A stretch of 34,557 nt of DNA, from positions 30,471,081-30,505,637 of the forward strand of contig NC_069000.1 in the NCBI RefSeq assembly GCF_001194135.2, given 5' to 3'. A program made the position numbers and the translations under genes. Shown in pieces: positions 1 through 11,339 of the stretch; positions within the stretch are counted from its first letter, which is position 1, and every line of letters begins with the position of its first letter. The notes beneath the pieces are model-generated. The model saw only the letters and a program-made list of their open reading frames with translations, ran no database searches and was not told the DNA's origin. This DNA comes from Octopus bimaculoides. Lineage: Eukaryota.

Positions 1-39
<39 letters not shown>
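1..39. repeat. (TA)n microsatellite
   Basis: Perfect TA run at the window start. Confidence 0.95.
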
Positions 40-42
<3 letters not shown>

Positions 43-228
43 TATATCCATACATACATGTACATACCTACATCCATATGTATACATACATTCATATATG
101 GATACAGGACATCAAAAAGACGTTAAGCAGAATGAGAAACGAAAAACGAAAACAGAAAACGAACTTTTTTCGAACAACGAAAAAATAAAACAAACAGAGA
201 AACGCGACATGCAACATAAAGAGTATAT

Positions 229-288
229 CCCTTCGTCAGTTGTCCCTGTTTCATCTACTCCGCGTTTCGAAGGCAAGGACAATACGCG
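229..288 (-). ncRNA. Candidate hammerhead ribozyme with rearranged strand order
   Basis: Minus-strand RNA: CGCGU-A-UUGUCC-UUG-CCUUC-GAAA-CGCG-(15 nt)-GGACAA-CUGACGA-AGGG. Core motifs present; stems I and III pair well; stem II is weak. Confidence 0.55.
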
Positions 289-451
289 ACTTCNNNNNNN
301 NNNNNNNNNNNNNNNNGGAACAGTCCTTCCCGCAAAGCAAATTAAATAAAATTTGGAATTTTTGCGGAGGGTGAAAGTATTAACAAGAACAGGACAGTGA
401 GAACAAGACAGTAAAAACAATAAAAACAGTAAACACAAGTAAAAACACGAC

Positions 452-535
452 TGGAAGGTGTTTATAAGCCATTTGATAACACAAAAACCATTAGATTCAC
501 TTGTGTGTTTTTAAATGGCTTATAAACACCTTCCA
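452..535. repeat. Inverted repeat with perfect 23-bp arms
   Basis: TGGAAGGTGTTTATAAGCCATTT (452-474) is the exact reverse complement of 513-535. Confidence 0.9.
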
Positions 536-972
536 CNNNNNNNNNNNNNNNNNNNNNNNNNNNNNNNNNNNNNNNNNNNNNNNNNNNNNNNNNNNNNNNN
601 NNNNNNNNNNNNNNNNNNNNNNNNNNNNNNNNNNNNNNNNNNNNNNNNNNNNNNNNNNNNNNNNNNNNNNNNNNNNNNNNNNNNNNNNNNNNNNNNNNNN
701 NNNNNNNNNNNNNNNNNNNNNNNNNNNNNNNNNNNNNNNNNNNNNNNNNNNNNNNNNNNNNNNNNNNNNNNNNNNNNNNNNNNNNNNNNNNNNNNNNNNN
801 NNNNNNNNNNNNNNNNNNNNNNNNNNNNNNNNNNNNNNNNNNNNNNNNNNNNNNNNNNNNNNNNNNNNNNNNNNNNNNNNNNNNNNNNNNNNNNNNNNNN
901 NNNNNNNNNNNNNNNNNNNNNNNNNNNNNNNNNNNNNNNNNNNNNNNNNNNNNNNNNNNNNNNNNNNNNNNN

Positions 973-1045
<73 letters not shown>

Positions 1046-1052
1046 TATATAC
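973..1052. repeat. (AC)n(AT)n microsatellite at the SINE tail
   Basis: Seen directly. Confidence 0.9.
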
Positions 1053-1208
1053 ACGACGAGCTTCTTTCAGTTTTCGTCTATCAAATCTACTCACAAGGCT
1101 TTGGTCGGCCCGAGGCTATAGTAGAAGACACTAGCGTAAGGTGCCACGCAGTGGGACCAAACCTGGAATCATGTGGTTGGTAAGCAAGCTACTTATCACT
1201 CCTGCGCC
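1053..1208 (-). mobile_element. tRNA-derived SINE family A
   Basis: Reverse complement matches the recurring GGCGCAGGAG..GGTTCAGTCCCACTGCGTGGCACC..GTGAGTGGATTTGGTAGAC unit seen many times in this window. Confidence 0.85.
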
Positions 1209-1432
1209 GATATGTATGCATGTATGTATGTATGTATGTATTATTAATGTATGCATGCAATATATGTATGTATGTATGCATGTATGTATGTATGCATGTA
1301 TTAAAAAAGAAATCTTTCAACAAACTGAATTTTGATATTATTAGAAACGGTTAAATATATAAAAGGATTAAAAGCTAAATATATGTTTATGTTTTTTGTT
1401 TTTAAAAGATACAGGTTGGTATTATTTTTTTC

Positions 1433-1560
1433 ATACCAACGAGGGAGAACCACCCTGGCTAGAAATGGTTGCTTCATCCCTCTTGCGCTGAAATCACACT
1501 GTAATGGAGTGGCTCCCAACCGTTTTTTGCCTATGAACCTCTTTGATTCTTGTTTTATAC
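1433..1560. repeat. 128-bp direct repeat, copy 1 (copy 2 at 3606-3733)
   Basis: 127/128 identical by eye; the only difference is CATCCCTC vs CATCCGTC. Confidence 0.9.
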
Positions 1561-1867
1561 TTTGGGATTCTCATAGCCATTCGCTGTTTTAAGAAGTCCT
1601 CTCGTAATTTGATGATTAAATATTATTAGGAATTTTATAAAAAAAAAATAGTTAAAATATTTTGAGTATTGTAGAACTTATTGCACTTAAATTCTAACAG
1701 TAAAATCCTATGTGGACCCTGGTTGAGAACCACTGATCTTACATCTTGAGGGAGAAGAACCTTATGGAATAAAGTAGTCCTAGAAACATCAGAAAAAGAA
1801 AAGGACAGATAATGATGAGATGTTCACAGCCGAAACATCTATAGACCTATTAGTGGTTGGTCTAGGA

Positions 1868-2188
1868 CAGTGGTTCTTGACCACCCCTAGGGATCTATAT
1901 AAAATTTTTGGGGTCCACGCAAGCAAAATTGGATATCCACAGTCGTATTTTTAGGGTTCATGAAAAAATGTTGATTTAGGTTTGTTTATTGAAAGAAACA
2001 AGATTTCTGTCTCTAGCGTTTTACATATTTCACCCTACATAAGTCAGTGTGTGAAAAGCAAAATAAGAATTCTGAAACAAGTATCTATAAGACTAGTTTT
2101 TAAACATCGAATGGCAATGAAGGGTCCACCAGAATAAAATAGTAATCAAAGGGGTCCATAGATGAAAAAAAATGGTTGAGAACCACTG
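1868..2188. mobile_element. hAT (Charlie-like) MITE
   Basis: TIRs CAGTGGTTCTTGACC and GGTTGAGAACCACTG (13/15); 8-bp flanks GTCTAGGA and GTCTAAGG resemble an NTCTAGAN TSD. A lone right end of the same type lies at 1722-1736. Confidence 0.75.
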
Positions 2189-2246
2189 GTCTAAGGTTAA
2201 ATAAGAATAACTTAGTTTTGGGGGCCTCACATTTTATTTCGTATTA

Positions 2247-2474
2247 TTGGGTTGTCCGGAAAGTTCGTATCGATTTATAATAGCTTACCTTTCGACTTAT
2301 TTGCCATGAAATCACCTCAATTCAGAGAAGAGGGTATTTTCAAGTTAAAAGAAAGATGAAGACGGACTGTGCAACAAAATGGTTCATATTTGGTTGATTA
2401 AAAATGTAATGGCAAGTATTTATTGACCTTTTTCTTTCCTTTAAAAATCGGCACGACCTTTCCGGACAACCCAA
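2247..2474 (+). mobile_element. Internally deleted mariner element
   Basis: 30-bp TIRs (27/30), TA on both flanks, and an internal transposase C-terminal remnant FREEGIFKLKER*RRTVQQNGSY. Confidence 0.85.
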
Positions 2475-2735
2475 TACATTGGTTTTGTATACCTCAATAA
2501 TAAAAGAAAAAACCCAGTCTGTATGAAATAAATCATAGACACATGAAACGGTGCACCAGTATGGCCTCAGCTGTTGTGGCTAAAATAAGCCAAAGAACGT
2601 TCACTGGAATTTTAAAGCGTATTTTTACGTCGATTGTGAAATGAAAAAATTATTAGAGTTATCAAGTAAGTACTGGGGGTCGAGTCTTTCCCCCCACCCA
2701 CCTCTTTCTCCCTGGATTGGGTCTGTAATAATAAT

Positions 2736-2933
2736 ACACAAGGGCTGAAATCTTGGGGAAGGGGGTTAGTCGATTATATCGACCTCAGTGCGTGACTGGT
2801 ACTTATTTTATCAACCCCCAAAAGGATGAAATGGAAAGTGGGCATCGGCAGAATTTGAACTCAGGACGTAAGAACCGACGAAATGCCGCTAAGCATTTTG
2901 TCCAGCGTGCTAACGATTCTGCCAGCTAACCGC
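2736..2933 (-). mobile_element. tRNA-derived SINE family D ((ATT)n-tailed)
   Basis: B-box-like GAGTTCAAATTC on the minus strand; homologous to copies at 8361, 8685, 24919 and 25290. Confidence 0.85.
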
Positions 2934-2935
2934 AA

Positions 2936-3018
<83 letters not shown>

Positions 3019-3541
3019 TAATAATAATCATAATATTAATAATAATAATAATGATAATAATAATCATAATAATCATAATAATAATAATNNNNNNNNNNNN
3101 NNNNNNNNNNNNNNNNNNNNNNNNNNNNNNNNNNNNNNNNNNNNNNNNNNNNNNNNNNNNNNNNNNNNNNNNNNNNNNNNNNNNNNNNNNNNNNNNNNNN
3201 NNNNNNNNNNNNNNNNNNNNNNNNNNNNNNNNNNNNNNNNNNNNNNNNNNNNNNNNNNNNNNNNNNNNNNNNNNNNNNNNNNNNNNNNNNNNNNNNNNNN
3301 NNNNNNNNNNNNNNNNNNNNNNNNNNNNNNNNNNNNNNNNNNNNNNNNNNNNNNNNNNNNNNNNNNNNNNNNNNNNNNNNNNNNNNNNNNNNNNNNNNNN
3401 NNNNNNNNNNNNNNNNNNNNNNNNNNNNNNNNNNNNNNNNNNNNNNNNNNNNNNNNNNNNNNNNNNNNNNNNNNNNNNNNNNNNNNNNNNNNNNNNNNNN
3501 NNNNNNNNNNNNNNNNNNNNNNNNNNNNNNNNNNNNNNNNN

Positions 3542-3607
<66 letters not shown>
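2936..3607. repeat. (AAT)n microsatellite spanning an assembly gap
   Basis: Seen directly; N gap 3089-3541. Confidence 0.9.
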
Positions 3608-3609
<2 letters not shown>

Positions 3610-3751
3610 CAACGAGGGAGAACCACCCTGGCTAGAAATGGTTGCTTCATCCGTCTTGCGCTGAAATCACACTGTAATGGAGTGGCTCCCAACCGTTTTT
3701 TGCCTATGAACCTCTTTGATTCTTGTTTTATACATGACTGGATGTTAAAAT

Positions 3752-5900
3752 CTCAACAATTCTATGTGGTAAAAAGATTAGAAAACGACAACATTCCCAC
3801 AAAAAGCCTTCTTGGCAAGAGCGTATTCAACGCCAAATTAAGCTAATTAGGTTTGACATAGAATGTTTGAAATACCTTGAATTTAACAAGACTATCAAAC
3901 CTAGAAAACCCCGAAAATTAAAGAAAAAAATATAACATGGAAACCATATTTGACATTGATACCACCAAGCAAAAGGTATGTGCTAAAGCTGCCTGCATAG
4001 CAAGGTATGAGAAGCGCGTTAGATTCTTTAAGGACAACATATTCAAAAATAACCCTCAAAATTTTTACAGGAAGATAGAGAAGATACCAGTTACAGTAAA
4101 GTATGTCCCATCAAAAGAAGAAGTGCAGGAATTTTGGAATAAAGTTCGGGCAGAAAAAAAAAACACAATGAAAAGGCCCCTTAGATTAATAGAATATTTA
4201 CAGACTTAGACTCTTTAGAGGAGTAAAAGTGGGAGGGTGTCAAGGTTGAAGATATAAGATCTGCTCTCAGGAGGTCAAGCAAATGGAAGTCTCCAGGAAA
4301 GGATAACATTCCTAACTTCTGGTTGAATGTCTTGCCAGAGAGCCATGAACTACTAGCAAAACTTTACAACGATGTTTTGCAAATCCTAGTATGATTCCCT
4401 CTTGGTTAGTTAATGGTTTAACATTCCTACTTCCAAAACATGAAGAAACAAATGAACCAAAAATTATCGACCCATAACCTGCTTAACAACACTGTATAAA
4501 GCGCTAACATCTGTCCTAACTGAATATTCCTATAGATTTTTTTTTAAATAGAAAATAGCATATTCCCTAATGAGCAAAAAGGATGTAAACGTGGGTCCTG
4601 TGGTTGTAAAGATCAGCTACTTATGAATAAGATGATCTTAGAAGATTGTCACGAACGACACAAAAACTTGTCAATAGCCTGGAGAGACTACAAAAAAGCT
4701 TTTGATAGCCTACCACATAGCTGGATTAAGAAATGTCTGGAAATGTATAAAATAGCTCCTACTCTGCGAAACTTTTTGTCTGTAAGTATGAGATCATGGA
4801 GAACCACATTGATTTTGAACAGTGACAATGAATCTCTAAATGCTAGAGATGTAAAAATTTCATGTGGCATTTTCCAGGGTGACTCACTATCACCACTCCT
4901 CTTCTGTCTAGCCTTAATACCTCTCTCGAAATTACATGGATGATTTAAAGCTATTTGCAAAAACTGACCAACAACTCAAGGGCTTACTAGCGATTGTTAA
5001 ACAATTCAGTGATGACATCAGGATGCAATTTGGCCTTGATAAATGTGCAAAAGCTACCTTTATCAAAGGAAAAATGAGAGAAACATCTAACGTTAACCTT
5101 GACCAGCAGAATGTCATAAAAGAGTTAGAACCAGCGGAGAGCTACAAATACCTAGGGGTAAATGAAGAGGACGGAATCAAACAAGCAGTGATGAGGGAGA
5201 GGACCAGAAAGGAATGTTATCGCAGGGTGAGAGCAATACTGAAGACAGAGCTGAATGCAAGAAACAGGATCGAAGCGATCAATGCCCTAGCCATACCAGT
5301 CGTGACTTACAGTTTCAATATCATTAATTGGTCAATTACTGAAATATGTAATCTTGACAGAAAATTACGAAAACTGTTGACAATGCATAGAATGCACCAC
5401 CCTAAGGCAGATATAGAACGACTTTACCTGTCAAGAAAAGAGGGTGGTCGTGAACTTTTATTACTGGAATTAACAATGAAGATTGCCACAATTGGCCGAG
5501 ACACCAACCTGAAAAATTTTGATGACTGGATGTTAAAATTTGTCTCAAAACATGAAAACAAGAAAGCATCATACTCAGTAAAAAGCAGGCAAAGGAATAT
5601 CTTAGTGAATTCAAAATACAACAAATTCCAGAATTAGACGTACTAGAAACAAGCACAGGAAAAGCTAAGCGCATGAAAACCTGTGCTAAAACTGCTGCCT
5701 TAGATATTCTTACTGATAAATGACTTCAAACAAAAATCATGCCTCCTCATTGATATGGCTGTCCCAATCGATATAAACGTATCTGTCAAGACCTACCAAA
5801 AACTAAGCAAGTATAAAGATCTTGAAATAGAAATTAGCAAAATGTAGAACCTGAAGACTAAAACAATACCTGTTGTCATAGGTGCCCTAGGAATGATAGC
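3752..5900 (+). mobile_element. 5'-truncated, decayed R4/Dong-clade non-LTR retrotransposon (RT + RLE)
   Basis: RT motifs [21 protein letters not shown], (Y)MDDLKLF, FGLDKC, YKYLG; RLE motif LLIDMAVP..KLSKYKDL. Stops, frameshifts, and two apparent internal deletions (near 4935 and 5723). Runs into an N gap. Confidence 0.9.
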
Positions 5901-6764
5901 NNNNNNNNNNNNNNNNNNNNNNNNNNNNNNNNNNNNNNNNNNNNNNNNNNNNNNNNNNNNNNNNNNNNNNNNNNNNNNNNNNNNNNNNNNNNNNNNNNNN
6001 NNNNNNNNNNNNNNNNNNNNNNNNNNNNNNNNNNNNNNNNNNNNNNNNNNNNNNNNNNNNNNNNNNNNNNNNNNNNNNNNNNNNNNNNNNNNNNNNNNNN
6101 NNNNNNNNNNNNNNNNNNNNNNNNNNNNNNNNNNNNNNNNNNNNNNNNNNNNNNNNNNNNNNNNNNNNNNNNNNNNNNNNNNNNNNNNNNNNNNNNNNNN
6201 NNNNNNNNNNNNNNNNNNNNNNNNNNNNNNNNNNNNNNNNNNNNNNNNNNNNNNNNNNNNNNNNNNNNNNNNNNNNNNNNNNNNNNNNNNNNNNNNNNNN
6301 NNNNNNNNNNNNNNNNNNNNNNNNNNNNNNNNNNNNNNNNNNNNNNNNNNNNNNNNNNNNNNNNNNNNNNNNNNNNNNNNNNNNNNNNNNNNNNNNNNNN
6401 NNNNNNNNNNNNNNNNNNNNNNNNNNNNNNNNNNNNNNNNNNNNNNNNNNNNNNNNNNNNNNNNNNNNNNNNNNNNNNNNNNNNNNNNNNNNNNNNNNNN
6501 NNNNNNNATAATGATGATAAAGAAAGAGAAGTGTAGTCTTGTTACATTGTGTCACGTTAATTTCGTCCAGTAATGAAGTGTAGAAATCTCCCTCCTAAAA
6601 AAAAAAAGAAAGAAGACTAGGATATATTGTATAAATGCAATCCTGGATAACACTGTGTTTTAAACGCCTAGTTAAGATATTCTTTTTGACCGGAGCTTAC
6701 ATGGAATTAAACAACCGAAAATGGAAATATGAATTCAATTGTAAAAAGAAAAAAAAAAGCACAC

Positions 6765-6900
6765 ATTTGGTCCAGTTGGCTGCAGTATACTTCAGCCGTG
6801 ATTGATGAGCCAGGTTTAATGAAATCATAATGGATCACACCTGCGCTAGACCACCAAACACACACTATCAGCTTCTTTTGATGAATTTCTTTTATTTTTA
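6765..6900 (-). mobile_element. Mariner transposase fragment
   Basis: HQKKLIVCVWWSSAGVIHYDFIKPGSSITAEVYCSQLDQM matches the mariner catalytic region. Confidence 0.8.
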
Positions 6901-7012
6901 CCTCTTCACAAGTATATTTTCCTCTCGAACGGTGCTTTCTACACATTCCGATCGCATCACCTGCGAGTTAACATGGGATCTCCTAGCGACAATGTAAACT
7001 TCATATAATCAA

Positions 7013-7120
7013 GGTAGCATCGGCCTGACGAGTAGCTTGCGATCTACCCCTCATTTGGATAATTACTACTTCCGAGTTTCCGCTAACTATGAAACGTATA
7101 TAGCCTGGATTTTATCTACT
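7013..7120 (+). ncRNA. Degenerate type I hammerhead-like motif
   Basis: CUGACGA at 7025-7031, GAAAC at 7091-7095, bulged long stem I; stem II and III mismatches can be explained by CpG decay. Confidence 0.4.
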
Positions 7121-7357
7121 CCATTCCCTAACTTTGAGATATTTTTTCGCATATACAGTAACCCCAGTTGCTAACCGTGAACATATCTTTTTTCAGCTTA
7201 TTGTAATTCGATGTGGTAAAAATTCACAGACTTTTGCGCCGATAGTTATTTTTTTTTAATATCTTCTACGGACTGCTTGAAGCTCACTAATTCCCTACAT
7301 ATTGATCCTCGGATCTTACCTTTACACACGCGCGCGCACACATACACATACACATAT

Positions 7358-7359
7358 AG

Positions 7360-7397
<38 letters not shown>

Positions 7398-7436
7398 ATG
7401 TATGTATTTAATATATATGTATATGTATGTATGAAC

Positions 7437-7482
<46 letters not shown>
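7358..7482. repeat. (GATA)n and (CT)n microsatellites
   Basis: Seen directly. Confidence 0.9.
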
Positions 7483-7491
<9 letters not shown>

Positions 7492-7617
7492 TATATATGT
7501 ATATCTATATTAATTTCTTTAAACATATCCGTTCGATTTTTATCTTTATGTTATAGTTTACTGCACAATTTAGACTTGCATACACATTGATATGTCTTTT
7601 TTTTTCGTCTCTCTCAC

Positions 7618-7656
<39 letters not shown>

Positions 7657-8271
7657 CATTATTATTTTTTTTTCCCCCTTTTACAGTTTGTCTGTAAATA
7701 TCCGATTTTTCCTTATTACCCCATCTGTATTCTCCCTTATTGTATCTCATTTTATTCTATTTTATTAAACCTTTTTGATGTTCTCCCAAAAATTCCTCAC
7801 GCCGATGAGAATGACAATGCATAAATTTAATTATAATTACTATGATTATAATTTTTTTCGTACACTTGTATTGTCTTTCGAAACGTGTGTACGTATTGAA
7901 TCCAATTTTTTATTAAATCTAATTTTTGATTCAACATATTTTTCCTCCGTGTTCTATACTTGTTGATGGCATATTTATACCTACAAGGAAATTTTTCAAC
8001 TATATATTAATAACAATATTTTATATGCTTAAAACTTATATGCGATTACCGTGCATTAACTGAGGTAAATAGCCTAATATTGGATCATATAAGCCCTCAA
8101 CGGAAAAAAAGTAAGGTTTGCGAACGCATATATATATATGGGGTGGGATGGGATGTTTGGTTATACGAAATAGAACTCAAAACATGATTTATAATAATAT
8201 TTCTTTAAATTTTGGCATAAGGCTAGCGACATTGTAGGTAAAGACTTAGTCGAATAAATCTACTTAAAAAT

Positions 8272-8360
<89 letters not shown>

Positions 8361-8361
<1 letters not shown>

Positions 8362-8568
8362 TTCCATTATAGGCACAAGGCCAGAAATTTGTCGGGAAGA
8401 GACAAGTCGATTGCATCGACCCCAGTGTTTCACTGGTACTTAATTTATCGACCCCAAAAGGTTGAAAGGCAAAGTCGACCTCAGCGAAATTTGAACTCAG
8501 AACGTAAAAACGGACGAAATACCGCTAAGCATTTCACCCGACACACTAAGGATTCTGCCAGTTCACCG
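8361..8568 (-). mobile_element. SINE family D
   Basis: Homologous to 2736-2933; (AAC)n(AAT)n on its tail side. Confidence 0.85.
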
Positions 8569-8626
8569 AATAGTAGTAGTAGTAGCAGTAGTAGTAGTTG
8601 TTGTTGTTGTTGTAATGATGATGATG

Positions 8627-8684
<58 letters not shown>

Positions 8685-8685
<1 letters not shown>

Positions 8686-8893
8686 CCTTTCTACTATAGG
8701 CACAAGGCTTGAAATCTTGGGGAGGGGTTAAGTCGATTCTATCGACCCCTAGTACTCAGGTGATACTTATTTTATCGCCCCCGAAAGGATGAAAGGCAAA
8801 GTCGACCTCGGCAGAATTTGAACTCAGAACGTAAAGACAGACGAAATGCTCCTAAGAATTTTGCCCGGTGTGCTTACGATTCTGCCAGCTCAC
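8685..8893 (-). mobile_element. SINE family D
   Basis: Homologous to 2736-2933; flanked by (AAT)n on both sides. Confidence 0.85.
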
Positions 8894-8894
8894 A

Positions 8895-8988
<94 letters not shown>

Positions 8989-9917
8989 CTAAAACTAGAA
9001 TAGCAACGGACCATGATAAAACGATGGCAAGAAAAGCCCCTACATGGTAAATACTGGGCTAAACTAAATGCAAAAGAAATAGACAGAGAAAAATCCCAGC
9101 AATGGCTGAGAAGCTCAGGACTCAAAGCAGAGACTGAAGGATTTTAAAACACTGCACAAGACCAAAGCCTCCCCACCAGAAATTACCAAAAACATATAAT
9201 GAAAAGAAACATAACAAGTAACTGTAGAATATGTGGCGATGGACAAGAAACAAATCATATTATCTCTGGCTACCCAGTCCTGGCTAAGAAGGAATATATT
9301 CACAGACACGACAGAGCTGGGACCTATGTACANNNNNNNNNNNNNNNNNNNNNNNNNNNNNNNNNNNNNNNNNNNNNNNNNNNNNNNNNNNNNNNNNNNN
9401 NNNNNNNNNNNNNNNNNNNNNNNNNNNNNNNNNNNNNNNNNNNNNNNNNNNNNNNNNNNNNNNNNNNNNNNNNNNNNNNNNNNNNNNNNNNNNNNNNNNN
9501 NNNNNNNNNNNNNNNNNNNNNNNNNNNNNNNNNNNNNNNNNNNNNNNNNNNNNNNNNNNNNNNNNNNNNNNNNNNNNNNNNNNNNNNNNNNNNNNNNNNN
9601 NNNNNNNNNNNNNNNNNNNNNNNNNNNNNNNNNNNNNNNNNNNNNNNNNNNNNNNNNNNNNNNNNNNNNNNNNNNNNNNNNNNNNNNNNNNNNNNNNNNN
9701 NNNNNNNNNNNNNNNNNNNNNNNNNNNNNNNNNNNNNNNNNNNNNNNNNNNNNNNNNNNNNNNNNNNNNNNNNNNNNNNNNNNNNNNNNNNNNNNNNNNN
9801 NNNNNNNNNNNNNNNNNNNNNNNNNNNNNNNNNACAGCAAACCACAGCACATACCCAAGGCACATAGAGCTGCGCTCGGTAGTGAAGTGAAAGCACGTTA
9901 TAAAAATAAAACTACTG
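8989..9917 (+). mobile_element. 5'-truncated R4/Dong-clade LINE 3' end inside (AAT)n
   Basis: WQEKPLHGKY, GLKAETEG, AQDQSL, zinc finger CRIC..H, YIHRHD. After the gap, a 3' UTR ends in (AAT)(GAT)n. Confidence 0.85.
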
Positions 9918-9927
9918 AATAATAATA

Positions 9928-10029
<102 letters not shown>

Positions 10030-10328
10030 GTTTCAAATTTCGGGGAAGGAGTAAATCGATTACATTGAGCCTAGTGTTCAGCAATAATAATAATATACAC
10101 ACATACATACAAACACACACACATATATACATATACATACCTTCATACATACCCTCACACATGCACACATGGTGGGTGAGGGGCGAATGTATTCATAGGA
10201 ATATCAACCAGAAGGATGAGAGAATATACCTCCGGGGAACTTCCTGTATGATAAATAAAAGTATCATATAGGCAGTCATAAATGCATTATAAGGAGAGAA
10301 AACTTTTGATCAATTAAGATTATCTAAG

Positions 10329-10730
10329 CACTTTACTCTTTTACTTGTTTCAGTCATTTTGACTGCAGCCATGCTGGAGCGCCCCCTTTAGTCGAGCAAA
10401 TCGGCCCCAAGACTTATTCTTTGTAAGCCTAGTACTTATTCTATCGGTCTCTTTTTTGCCGAACCGCTAAGTTACGGGGATGCAAACATACCAGCATCGG
10501 TTGTCAAGCGATGTTGGGGGGACAAACACAGACACACAAACATATACGCACACATACATATATATATATATACATATATACGACAAGCTTCTTTCAGTTT
10601 CCGTCTACTAAATTCACTCACAAGGCTTTGGTCGGCCCGAGGCTATAGTAGAAGATGCCACGCAGTGGGACTGAACCCGGAACCATGTGGTTGGTAAGCA
10701 AGCTACTTACCACACAGCCACTCCTGCGCC
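10329..10730 (-). mobile_element. SINE family A, long form (head + microsatellite + tail)
   Basis: Head 10580-10730; tail 10329-10545, homologous to 13175-13360 and 32190-32360. Confidence 0.85.
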
Positions 10731-11109
10731 TTTATAGATAAAGTCTCCCTCTGGGAGTGTGTAAAATCTACAAAGAACAAGTAGGTGTGATGATAGCTTC
10801 TGTGAGATTAGTCTAAATACACTCGTATTTACGAAGGCCGTTAATTTGCGAAGGTGTGCACACGAACAAGAAGAGAATGGGTATGTTGTGATATCAATTG
10901 TTAACCTCAGCCAGTGTGCAGAGTCCACTAAGATGGCGATAACAAAAGGTCAACAGGCGTTTCAAGAAGATAGACAGGTGTCCAGTGAGGGAAGCGTTAT
11001 CGGGTAATAAACTCTATATAGGTGTGATGTGGGTAGATCGGTGTATGGGTGTAATCAGTGTCACCTGGGAGAGTGAAATGTCTGTAAAATTGTTTCATTC
11101 TTCTGACAT

Positions 11110-11250
11110 ATGTATGTATGTACGTATGTACGTATGTACGTACGTATGTATGTATGTATGTATGTATGTATGTGTGTGTATGTATGTGTGTATGTGTGTG
11201 TGTGCCTGTATGTGTGAGTGTATGTATGTATGCATGCGTGCGTGCATGTA

Positions 11251-11288
<38 letters not shown>
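11110..11288. repeat. (ATGT)n/(GT)n microsatellite
   Basis: Seen directly. Confidence 0.9.
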
Positions 11289-11289
<1 letters not shown>

Positions 11290-11339
11290 TAGCAAGATTT
11301 TGAAGGAAAGCATCTTGTTTCGTTCATTACAGATTTTTA

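Noticed and set aside
1805-1850. TGATGA...CCGAAAC hammerhead-like motif
   Set aside because: C3 is missing and no stems I-III can be formed. AGATGTT/AACATCT forms a competing hairpin.
10735-11000. Possible Penelope RT remnant (LCRFYTLP)
   Set aside because: Only one short motif, with no further support.
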